64,000 nucleotides of DNA. Source: Ignavibacteriota bacterium (GTDB taxonomy: Bacteria; Bacteroidota; Ignavibacteria; UBA10030; CAVZMI01). Below are positions 44,971-54,273 of the stretch, one piece after another; the stretch's first letter is position 1, and the number at the start of each line of letters is the position of its first letter. The stretch is from NCBI GenBank assembly GCA_963776275.1, contig CAVZMI010000012.1:1-64000 (forward strand). Reading direction: 5' to 3'. Made by a program: the position numbers and the translations under genes. A model generated the notes under the pieces. It ran no database searches. It was not told where the DNA came from and saw only the letters and a list, made by a program, of their open reading frames with translations.

Positions 44971-45312
44971 TTGAAATGCGATGCAATTGTTTTTCCTTAG
45001 ATTGTTCCCCTTCCCGTCCTGCTTATTGCAGGACGGGACTCGGGGAACGGGCTCTTTCAACAGCCAGGTTGCCGAGCGGATTGAAGGAGCATTTTATAGA
45101 GCTAGTCGAGGCAACCATAGAAGAATCCGATTGAAATGCGATGCAATTGTTTTTCCTTAGGATGTTCCCCTCGGCTAGCAACCGAGATGGCTTGTTATAT
45201 CCGCTCGGGGGGTGGCTCTTTCAACAGCTAGGTTCCCGAGTCCAATCCTGACGATCTATACTAAATACGCTATGACACGGCTTAGAGATAAGCGAGACGG
45301 AAGTCGAGGATC
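44971..45312. repeat. Two tandem REP-containing units (period 160 bp)
   Basis: TTGAAATGCGATGCAATTGTTTTTCCTTAG at 44971 and 45131; GCTCTTTCAACAGC.AGGTT.CCGAG in both; different internal hairpins. Confidence 0.8.
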
Positions 45313-45444
45313 CGGTATTCACCAAGGGGGTGTTGTATTTGTACGGGAAACTTTTATCTTCATAGCGTATCCTCTTTATAAATAAGGCATTCTCCAATTT
45401 ATCATGGATAGGTATCGGCATTCTGAACTTCTTACAGGGGATCT

Positions 45445-46242
45445 ATGAATATTCACAGAGCAGATCGTGGAATTTTATTTATCCTTATTTTAATGATAAA
45501 CTGTGTAGAGTGCGGAGAACAAAAGAGCGTTCATCCGGTCATTGCATTCATCAGGACTGGAGTATGGTCAATCTATAAGGGGCCGGAAATAGTTGTCTAT
45601 GATGATGGAATGGTGTTGCTCCAAAAGAATACTCGACATTGGCCGATCGAATATTCTTCCTTCACACTCAAGAAGCATGAGATGGATGTTCTTCTGACCT
45701 CTTTGAGATTATTCGATACCGAAAGGGTGAAAGATACTCTGTATAATTTAATTGATGCTTATGATCTCGATGAACAATGGTTGGTAGTCTCACTACCATA
45801 CAAGGTAGCTATCGGGATCTATGGCGATATTCCGGCATACGACAGTTCTGAAAACCGTGTCAGCATCCCGAAAAATATTCTACATCTGTTTCATTCAATT
45901 CTTGCGTTGAAAGGCAGGCAATCCACACAGTGGTCTGCAGAAGTCTTTGAAGTGTCTGTATATTCACGTACCGGGAAAAGCGAAGGGGAACCGGTCATTG
46001 AATGGCCCCGGGATTGGCCGCATCTGAATGATCCGAGGGTGATGAAGCTGGGAGATTTCGGCTATCGATTCCTTCTACAAGGTGTATCGGCCGATACTTT
46101 ACAGGCGATGTATCCTGAAATTGGTAAAGCGAAGCCGGTGAGAATCGACGGTCAACTTTATCATATTAATTATCGGCCCCTGGTACCGGAAGAAGGATCG
46201 ATCCTTCAAGAAGTGAAACGGGCAAAAATACGTTTATGGTGA
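45445..46242 (+). CDS. Hypothetical exported protein
   Basis: 265-aa ORF with a hydrophobic N-terminus and P..VVYDDG.V motif. Confidence 0.65.
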   Translation: MNIHRADRGILFILILMINCVECGEQKSVHPVIAFIRTGVWSIYKGPEIVVYDDGMVLLQKNTRHWPIEYSSFTLKKHEMDVLLTSLRLFDTERVKDTLYNLIDAYDLDEQWLVVSLPYKVAIGIYGDIPAYDSSENRVSIPKNILHLFHSILALKGRQSTQWSAEVFEVSVYSRTGKSEGEPVIEWPRDWPHLNDPRVMKLGDFGYRFLLQGVSADTLQAMYPEIGKAKPVRIDGQLYHINYRPLVPEEGSILQEVKRAKIRLW

Positions 46243-46295
46243 TCGGTTTTTTCCGCTTGCATCCGGATCATCCAAAAAATCTGAGGGGCGGCTTG

Positions 46296-46415
46296 TAAAT
46301 TGTGAATTGCGACCTGTCCGCCGATTTATCCGCCGGAGCGAAGCGAAGGCGGACGAAGGTGGAGTTGTGAATTGTGAATGGTGAGTGTTTATCAAAGCCT
46401 ATTAAGGGAAAACCG
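46296..46415. repeat. Right copy of the heptamer direct repeat, carrying a 51-bp hairpin insertion (46313-46363)
   Basis: Alignment by eye to 44903-44964. Confidence 0.8.
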
Positions 46416-46578
46416 AGCACTACATATTGCATTATAATACGCGGTGTTGTTTTATTTTTATACATGACAAAAAGAAAATACCTTAATATGATCAACGGAA
46501 CAATCATTCTTATGCTATTGTTTTATACTATACAGAGGATACTTCAATTATCGTAGACATTTCTTGAGGTCAGATACA

Positions 46579-47775
46579 ATGCCTGACTACCAGTATCTTA
46601 TTGTAGGTGGTGGAATGACGGCAGATGCGGCAATCCGTGGAATACGGCAAACAGATCGCTCAAATCCAATCGGAATTCTCTCCAATGAAAAGCATCTTCC
46701 GTACAAACGCCCTCCTCTTTCAAAAGCGCTCTGGAAAGAAGAGCCCATAGAAAAAATCTGGCTCAGGACTCCGAAAGAGAATGTGGATATTTTTACGTCA
46801 AGGACAGTGACAAAAATCGACCCGAAGAGTCATACCGCCGTTGACGATCTGGGATTAATCTATTCATACAAGAAACTTCTCCTGGCGACCGGAGGAACGG
46901 TGCGCCGTTTACCATGGAACATCGATGGGATAATCTATTTCCGGACACTCGATGATTATTACTCGCTGAGAGAACTGGCGGCTGAAAGAAAGGACTTTGC
47001 CGTCATCGGTGGAGGATTTATCGGCTCGGAAATAGCTGCTGCTCTCACAATGAACGATCGATCGGTCACAATGATATTTCCGGAGGAGGGAATAGGATTC
47101 CGTCTCTTCCCGCCCGCGCTGTCCCGGTACCTGAACACACTCTATGAAACAAAAAACAATAAAGTACTTGCCAGCGACGGCGTCGTTAAAATCGGGAAAG
47201 AACATAATAAGTATGTTCTCACGACGACAAGTGGGAAGATTATCAAAGCCGACGGAGTCGTCGCAGGAATCGGTATCCAACCGAATATCGAACTGGCGCA
47301 AGCCGCCGGATTGGCTGTGGGGAATGGAATCATCGTCAACGAATTTCTGCAGACCAGTCAGCCCGATATTTATGCCGCGGGTGACGTTGCCAATTTCTAT
47401 AATCCCGCACTGGATAAACATATCCGACTCGAGCACGAAGACAACGCAATTATCATGGGCGAATATGCAGGAAGGAATATGGCCGGTGATATCGTCCGGT
47501 ATCACCATCTTCCGTTTTTTTATTCCGATCTATTTGAATTGGGGTACGAAGCGGTCGGCGAGCTCGATTCGCGATATGAGATGGTTGAGGATTGGAAAGA
47601 ACCGTACCGCGAAGGAGTCGTTTATTATCTGAATGAACAGCGTATCCGCGGAGTGCTCCTGTGGAACACATGGGGACAGGTAGACGCCGCGCGCAGTTTG
47701 ATAGCCGAAAAAGTGCCCGTTCACCCCGATCAATGTAATAGGGAGGTTGCCTGCATAAAACAGTCCCCCCTCTGA
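46579..47775 (+). CDS. FAD-dependent pyridine nucleotide oxidoreductase (ferredoxin-reductase/AIF-like)
   Basis: IVGGG, PY.RPPLSK, LLLATGG, IGGGFIGSE, IYAAGDVA, PFFYSDLF, GVLLWN; C-terminus apparently frameshifted near 47715. Confidence 0.9.
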   Translation: MPDYQYLIVGGGMTADAAIRGIRQTDRSNPIGILSNEKHLPYKRPPLSKALWKEEPIEKIWLRTPKENVDIFTSRTVTKIDPKSHTAVDDLGLIYSYKKLLLATGGTVRRLPWNIDGIIYFRTLDDYYSLRELAAERKDFAVIGGGFIGSEIAAALTMNDRSVTMIFPEEGIGFRLFPPALSRYLNTLYETKNNKVLASDGVVKIGKEHNKYVLTTTSGKIIKADGVVAGIGIQPNIELAQAAGLAVGNGIIVNEFLQTSQPDIYAAGDVANFYNPALDKHIRLEHEDNAIIMGEYAGRNMAGDIVRYHHLPFFYSDLFELGYEAVGELDSRYEMVEDWKEPYREGVVYYLNEQRIRGVLLWNTWGQVDAARSLIAEKVPVHPDQCNREVACIKQSPL

Positions 47776-47781
47776 GGGGGG

Positions 47782-47829
47782 CTTGACCTGAGTGAGTCCC
47801 GACGTTTTGTGTCGGGGCGAGTCGAAGGA
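47782..47829. repeat. 48-bp hairpin element (identical copy at 52725-52772; absent at the homologous site 56012/56013)
   Basis: CTTGACCTGAGTGAGTCCCGACGTTTTGTGTCGGGGCGAGTCGAAGGA. Confidence 0.85.
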
Positions 47830-47884
47830 TGGACGACCGAAGGTCGGCTGGGGTGTGTAAGATAGCGCATTACTACCACCTTAC

Positions 47885-48074
47885 TTGCTTTTTACCCGCC
47901 CTCTTCTTATACTCTTCGCAGTACCTCTCGAGATGCGATAAAGATATACGATTGGATATGCTTAACCGGTCATAGTTAAAAGAAATAAAAACGCTACCCC
48001 GATTTAAGGGGACTAATTCGTTGTACGGTAAAACTGTACCGCTACGCGGTATTGCGTTGTTATACGAATTAGCT
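47885..48074 (+). promoter_or_regulatory. Module copy 1: sigma70 promoter, leader and attI-like site
   Basis: TTGCTT-N17-TATACT (47885-47913); ends CGGTATTGCGTTGTTATACGA-ATTAGCT, where homology to the other copies stops. Confidence 0.65.
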
Positions 48075-48135
48075 GCCATTGCCCTTTGAACTTACTTAAA
48101 AATAACCGACTAAATATTTCTTAAAAGGTAAGACT

Positions 48136-49944
48136 ATAAAAAGGAACTTAATAATCACTATAGTAATATATTTACTTGTTCTTATACCTTCAAGAGCAAG
48201 CGAATCCACTAACATGCTTAATCTGTATGACATTCGAGGTAGGTTCGTCGGCAGTATTGGTAATCCCAATTCGTTTACCACAATTCAAGCTCTTGTGACG
48301 CCGTCTCCTATCAAGGTTATGTACAACAACCAAATTCTTAACATTGCCACCGGTTTTTACTATGCAATTCCTTCAAAACTTGATACGATGTCGGTAAAAT
48401 CATTTTTGAGTAAGGGATTTGGTTTTGAAGACGTAACCTCGTCTTTTCTCCCTTCTCAACAGTGGGATGCCGTGGACATTGCGACCTTCAACGTCAATCG
48501 TGACGGGAAGGAAGATATCATATTTTCATTGAACAGAGTCTACTGTGATAGTATTACCGATAAGCGTCCTCGTGTTTGGGTGCAAACCGATCAAGGACAG
48601 TTTGTCGACGAAACCGAAATGAGAATTCCCCCGGGTCGATACGCAGCAGATCAAATTATCCTTTTCGATTGCGACAACGATAGCGATATCGATATCTTCT
48701 TGACAGGCTGGGGCTGTAACGATGGATTTCCTTCGGCCACCCTGCTCATAAACAACGGTGCGGGGGTCTTTACAGATGAATCCATTACTCGACTTCCATC
48801 ATCTCATTTGATATACTCGGCGGCCGTAGGACAAATCGATAACAATATATCACCTGATCTTCTAGTGGTCGATTGGACTCCGACTGAGCCGACAACTCGC
48901 CAATTTGCTCATCCATTGGTATGGCTTAATAATGGGAATGGTGTTTTCACTCTTGACACCCTGGGTAGATTTAAAGAAAGCGACTATGGTTACTTCATTC
49001 CCATAATAGTCGACGTTAATAAAGATACACACAATGACGTCGCTTTTGCAAATATGAAAGTGTACATTACCCAAAACGACCCTACTCCGAGAGACTCGCT
49101 CAGTGGTCAAACTGCTCTTTATATTAACAATGGTGAAGGGTTCTTCGAAGACGAAACAGCGGAACGTATTCCTTCCGAGCTCACGTCAAGTACACGTAAG
49201 TTGGCCAACGCGGATATAGATCGAGACAACGACGAAGATTTAGTCCAGATTATATACCAATCGAACCCCGAGAGTTCTTATTGCAGACTTCTTTTGAATG
49301 ATGGTACCGGACACTTTTCAGTTGCACCTAACGCCTTCGGGGAGAATATCGCCGGCTGGTTCAACGATGTCGTCATTGGTACGTTGAACGACGATCAGTA
49401 TCCGGATATGTTTTTACCCAGAGTAATACCTGGCCAGGTTTACTACGATGTTCTTCTGATCAACAATGGAAATGGTTCATTCTCCGATTCCAGCTCTCTT
49501 CTTCCATCAGGCGCGGATTTCAGTACTGCCGCTGCCTTCTTTGATCATGAAAATGACGGCGATGAGGATATAATTATCGCCAATTGTGGTCCTCGCGTTG
49601 ACACGACAGGTCAAAATGTTTTATACCATAACACATTATATACTAGTGTAAGTGTCCATAATGATGAACCGGCGGCCCCAAAAGAATTCCGATTATGGCA
49701 GTGTTATCCCAACCCGTTCAATCCAACTACTAATATTTCATTTAGTATCCCCCAAAATTCTCTCGTTTCATTAAACATTTTTGATCTTTTGGGAAGCGAA
49801 GTTGCAAAATTGATCAACGAAGAAATGTCGACTGGAAGCTACTCTAAGCAATGGAATGCGGAAGGATTGCCAAGCGGCGTGTATTTTTGTCGATTGCAGG
49901 CAGGTTCCTTTGTGGCTTCAAAGAAATTAGTTTTATTACGATGA
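48136..49944 (+). CDS. FG-GAP/VCBS repeat protein with T9SS C-terminal domain (cassette)
   Basis: Repeated D.D.DGD.D and L.NNG.G.F motifs; YPNPFNP...KKLVLLR; signal peptide in frame from an ATA at 48136 (first ATG at 48214). Confidence 0.85.
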   Translation: MKRNLIITIVIYLLVLIPSRASESTNMLNLYDIRGRFVGSIGNPNSFTTIQALVTPSPIKVMYNNQILNIATGFYYAIPSKLDTMSVKSFLSKGFGFEDVTSSFLPSQQWDAVDIATFNVNRDGKEDIIFSLNRVYCDSITDKRPRVWVQTDQGQFVDETEMRIPPGRYAADQIILFDCDNDSDIDIFLTGWGCNDGFPSATLLINNGAGVFTDESITRLPSSHLIYSAAVGQIDNNISPDLLVVDWTPTEPTTRQFAHPLVWLNNGNGVFTLDTLGRFKESDYGYFIPIIVDVNKDTHNDVAFANMKVYITQNDPTPRDSLSGQTALYINNGEGFFEDETAERIPSELTSSTRKLANADIDRDNDEDLVQIIYQSNPESSYCRLLLNDGTGHFSVAPNAFGENIAGWFNDVVIGTLNDDQYPDMFLPRVIPGQVYYDVLLINNGNGSFSDSSSLLPSGADFSTAAAFFDHENDGDEDIIIANCGPRVDTTGQNVLYHNTLYTSVSVHNDEPAAPKEFRLWQCYPNPFNPTTNISFSIPQNSLVSLNIFDLLGSEVAKLINEEMSTGSYSKQWNAEGLPSGVYFCRLQAGSFVASKKLVLLR

Positions 49945-49956
49945 ACGTGCAACTGC

Positions 49957-50059
49957 ACATAATAGATAGCGGGCACTACGACGTGAAGAACACTCAAGCC
50001 CGCAGTCATTTACAAAAGTTTTGGTATACGGGACTGCGTAGTGCCCGCACACGTTAATT
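49957..50059 (+). other. attC-like recombination site
   Basis: ACATAAT..GCGGGCACTACG ... CGTAGTGCCCGC-ACAC-GTTAATT; 12-bp perfect arms just after the stop codon. Confidence 0.7.
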
Positions 50060-50161
50060 TTAAATTTGCCAGCCCATCGAGTAAACCAGCTATGTCCAAA
50101 GTTGTCTAAACGTGTTTGATGCGTAGAAAAGAATGTTTTGAACAGAGGAGGCTTCTTTATC

Positions 50162-52337
50162 ATGAGACCTTGTTTTTGCTTTTTTGTCTCCTTGCTCGTT
50201 TCAACCTCCGCCATCTGGGGGCAAAGCCAGTTTACCGCGTTTGTCGTGGATAGCACGAGCGGAGAACCGATTGCGGGTGCAAACGTGTTGGTGACTGGCA
50301 CTAATTTGGGCGCAATGACGGACACAATTGGTAAAGTGACGATTGCGGGGATTCCAAATGGCCCGCAGAAAATAATTATTTCCTGCGTCGGTTACAAAAC
50401 TCGTGCGCTCGTGATTGATTTCCCTTTAGCCGAAGCAACACAAACCATCCAGGTGACGCTGAGCCAGACAAATATTGAGCTTGAAGAAGTGACCGTGACC
50501 ACCGCGAGGACGAGTTACCATCTTTACGACGCGCCTGTGCGCATTGAAGTCAAGGGAGAAGAAGACATCGGCGAGACAATGATCGACCATCCTTCAAGCA
50601 TCTCGGAACTTTTTCTAGAATCAACAGGGATACAGGTTCTGCAAACGTCGGCGGTATCGAACTATGTCAGCATCAAACTTCAGGGACTTGACGGAAGTTA
50701 CACTCAAATACTTAAGGACGGTTTTCCACTATACGGAGGACTTTCAGCTGGATTAAGCGTAACACAAATTCCACCACTTGACCTGAATCGAGTTGAGGTA
50801 GTGAAAGGCTCCATCATCCTCACTCTATGGTGGTGGCGCGATTGCGGGAATCATCAATCTAATCTCGAAGAAGCCAGCCGAAAATGGACAACTCACGTTC
50901 CTTCTTAACGGAACCAGCTCGCTCGGAATTGATGCCGGCGCATTTTACTCGAAACAAGGGGACAATACAGGTTTTACTATGCTTCTTAATGGGAACGTAA
51001 ACGCTGCATACGATGCTGATCAAACCGGTTTTTCTGACATTCCAAACAGGAAGCTCTTAACCATCAATCCAAAAATCTTCTATAATCTCAATGACGACAC
51101 AAAAATTATGTTTGGGCTTTCCACGACCTATGAGAATCTAACGGGCGGTGATATGACAGCGCTGAGAGATGGGGCAAGCACTTTTCATCCATACATCGAG
51201 AAGAGCAAGTCAAATCGGTCATATACGCAATTGGAATTGACCTCCCTCCTGGGTGGTGCTTCGATCAGTTTCAAGAACAGCATCGGCTATTTCTATTTGA
51301 GCAGGTCGCTGAAGTCGGACCGTTTTGAAGGAACACAGTGGACCAGTTATACTGAATTCTCAGCACAGATGAAATTGGGTAAGCATACTTTGACCGGCGG
51401 ACTGAATTTGACTACAGAGAGTTTCTCTGATAATCCGGTGTACAGCGGCGTGGACAGAAGCTTCGGTCGATGAACCGCAGGTCTGTTCGGACAAGACGAT
51501 TGGCAGATCGCTTTGCCATTCACTTTGGAAACGGGTTTGAGAGTCGATCGGGAAAATCTCTATGGTTTTCAGTTGGTGCCACGGATTGCGGGAATATACC
51601 GTCTCAGCGATGAAGTCGGACTCAGGGCAAGTGCTGGACTGGGATACAAAGTGCCGACAATCTTCTCCGACCAGTCGGATCCAGACGTAATCTATAAACT
51701 CAATCCGGTCGGAAGCAATGTTACAGTAGAGAAATCTATAGGTGGGGAGTTTGATTTTACTTACAAGGTCATAGCTTTCGGAGAAATGTCCCTCATTCTC
51801 AATCAGGCATTTTTCTACACGCGGGTTAACAATCCCATCCTGCTGACTGCCGAATCAACACCTGCCAGCTTGTCTCTGGCAAATGCGAATGGATACCTCT
51901 TTAGTAGGGGAGCCGAAACGGATATTAAAATCGCTTACGGTGACTTGGAGGCGTTTATCGGCTACACATTCACGGATGCCCAAAAAAGATTTTCCGAATC
52001 ACACGGTGAGCTTTTCTTAGCGCCCCCTCATAAATTTGTGATGGACGTTTTGGTCGACCTGGAAGAGTTCGGCGAGGGTGGCATCGAACTTCGTTATATT
52101 GGTCGCCAGCTTCTTCATGATGGAACGAAGTCGCCTGAATTTTGGGTGCTTGATATCTTGTTTCAAAAGAAATTCTCGCATTTCACATTTTTTGTTGCAG
52201 TCGAAAACCTGTTGAGTTACAAGGAGGCAAACTATGCTCCAGTTGTTACAGGCGGCAGCGTGAACCCGCAATTCAACGATGTGTGGGCACCGCTCGAAGG
52301 ACGTGTCGTGAATGCAGGGTTGAAATTTCAGATGTGA
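50162..52337 (+). CDS. TonB-dependent receptor, frameshifted near 50810 and 51470 (cassette)
   Basis: GEPI.GANV, GLDG.YTQIL.DG, RVEVVKG, C-terminal WAPLEGR...G.KF. Confidence 0.85.
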
Positions 52338-52385
52338 AACTGAAGCTCAGGGATTGAATAAATAACCAATGGGCCGGCAAACTTC

Positions 52386-52450
52386 AGCTAACGACACAAA
52401 CCACGATCCCGATAAAGAACATCGGGACAGGCACTCGCTTTGTTGAGAAG
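52386..52450 (+). other. Left half of an attC-like site with a 25-bp hairpin insertion (52407-52431)
   Basis: AGCTAAC core; 52369-52392 is partly complementary to the cassette start at 50053-50077; no right arm found. Confidence 0.6.
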
Positions 52451-52614
52451 GAGTATGGTTCGACAAGTGATATTTTAGAAAGATATGTCGGGACATATAT
52501 GAGGTCAGATATTAACAGATTTAATATTTATGTCACATGAGAAATAATATTTTAGCACGAAATTATCGAAGAAGTGCAATAGCACCTTTTTTTATAATAC
52601 AGGTTTTATTTTTC

Positions 52615-53066
52615 TGGGGACAAGTAGACGCCGCGCGCAGTCTGATAGCCGAAAAGGGTCCGTTCACCCCGATCAATGTTGTCGGGATGTTACCTGCATA
52701 AAACAGTCCCCTCTCTGAGGGGGGCTTGACCTGAGTGAGTCCCGACGTTTTGTGTCGGGGCGAGTCGAAGGATGGACGACCGAAGGTCGGCCGGGGTGTG
52801 TAAGATAGCGCATTACCACCACCTTACTTGCTTTTTACCCTCGCTCTTCTTAAACTCTTCGCAGTACCTCTCGAGATACGATAAAGATATACGATTGGAT
52901 ATACTTAACCGGTCATAGTTAAAAGAAATAAAAACGCTGTTCAGATTTATCGCGACTACTTCGTGGTACGGTGAAACAGTCCCGCTTCGCCGTCCTAAAG
53001 GACTGCTACGCTGAGCTCAGCGAGGCGAGACCGTTTCACGGTATTGCGTTGTTACATGAGTTAGTT
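52615..53066 (+). repeat. Module copy 2: oxidoreductase 3' fragment, REP, promoter and attI-like site
   Basis: Homologous to 47671-48074; TTGCTT-N17-TAAACT (52828-52856); ends GTTACATGA-GTTAGTT. Confidence 0.9.
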
Positions 53067-53100
53067 GCCATGCTTCTGAAGAAAAGGAGGAGTGATTACT

Positions 53101-53985
53101 ATGAACATGAAATTCCACATCCACTGTGCGCTTTTATTCTTGCTAGTCATCCCCTGCTATGCTTCTTGTCAACAGAAAGATATGGCAAAAGCGCGCATTG
53201 TACTTCAGACAAATTCAATGAACAATGTCATCATCAAACGGGGCGTTGTATATCGTACCGCTGGAAAAGTTTCACTTTCAATGGACTTATATTACCCAGC
53301 GAGTATAGATCGCTCTGCCAACTATCCCCTCGTAGTCTTTGTATTCGGCTTTCCCGATACCGTTATGTACAAGATGATCGGCACGAAGATGAAGGATATG
53401 GGTCAGTATGTTTCTTGGGCGCAACTCATAGCTTCATCTGGACTTGCTGCGCTGACATACGAAACACTCGATCCTGCATCAGATATTAAGAACGTCATTC
53501 AATATGTTCGAGCCAACGCTTCCGCTTTGCAAATCGACGCAAGTAGAATCGCACTCTGGTCTTGTTCAGGCAATGTTCCAACGGCGTTGTCTTTCCTGAC
53601 TAAGCAATCGAATGACTACCTCAGGTGTGTGGTTTTCTACTATGGGATCACACTGGAACTCCCGGGTTCGACCAAGGTTTCTGAATTAGTAACCAAGCGT
53701 GGATCAACATTTCCAGCAATCCTGAACACACCTGACACGTTGAGGTGGGATGTCCCGACCTTCTTAGTAAGAGCAGGGCTCGACAACGTCCCATATCTCA
53801 ATGAGGCGCTCACTCGCTTCATTACTCTCGCGATATCCAAGAATGCACCACTGCACCTTCACAATTTGCCTAACGCTCAGCACGGTTTCGATGTCTGGGA
53901 TAACAACGATAACTCGCGTGACACCATCGAACGTACAGTGGAATTTGTTAAGTATTATCTTCTATCACAGAAGCATGGCAACTAA
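53101..53985 (+). CDS. Exported alpha/beta hydrolase (cassette)
   Basis: Signal peptide; MDLYYP, PLVVFV, ID.SRIALWSCSGN, HGFD; stop codon lies inside the AACTAAC core. Confidence 0.85.
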   Translation: MNMKFHIHCALLFLLVIPCYASCQQKDMAKARIVLQTNSMNNVIIKRGVVYRTAGKVSLSMDLYYPASIDRSANYPLVVFVFGFPDTVMYKMIGTKMKDMGQYVSWAQLIASSGLAALTYETLDPASDIKNVIQYVRANASALQIDASRIALWSCSGNVPTALSFLTKQSNDYLRCVVFYYGITLELPGSTKVSELVTKRGSTFPAILNTPDTLRWDVPTFLVRAGLDNVPYLNEALTRFITLAISKNAPLHLHNLPNAQHGFDVWDNNDNSRDTIERTVEFVKYYLLSQKHGN

Positions 53986-54111
53986 CAAGCGTGTTTACGA
54001 TGCTCACTTTTTATAGAAGTAATATTGTGTTCGCTCCATCCCGTTTGCCGCAAAATGAATTTGTTTATCATAGCGGTAAACGGGACGGCGTAAACACGCT
54101 AAACGCTAGTT
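53980..54111 (+). other. attC-like recombination site
   Basis: AACTAAC-A-AGCGTGTTTACG ... CGTAAACACGCT-AAAC-GCTAGTT, with an inner stem TCCCGTTTGCCGC/GCGGTAAACGGGA. Confidence 0.78.
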
Positions 54112-54273
54112 GCAATTTCCTCATACTCTTTATAAAAAGAGCACAAATTATGCGTGGGTTATTGTGCTTAATTTATTATGCATTTTTATTTCTTCAATAC
54201 TGACTGCCCAATGGATCCAAACCAACGGCTCCTATGGCGCGATTATTAACTGCCTCGTCGAAAGGAGAGCGCT

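Noticed and set aside
37341-46415. Tandem repeats as a CRISPR array
   Set aside because: There are no constant repeats separated by unique spacers of uniform length, and no cas genes.
47755-47775. IKQSPL* as a remnant of an integron integrase C-terminus (SPLD-like)
   Set aside because: It arises from frameshifted read-through into a REP hairpin. Copy 2 shows the real end is ...LPA*.
1880-51480. Frameshifts in pilC, pilO, pilQ, hemL, hemE, hemD, hemC, the M20 peptidase and both TonB receptors as pseudogenes or programmed frameshifting
   Set aside because: They are numerous, clustered, hit core genes whose motifs are otherwise intact, and share no slippery motif. Long-read indel error is the simplest explanation; read-level polishing would decide.
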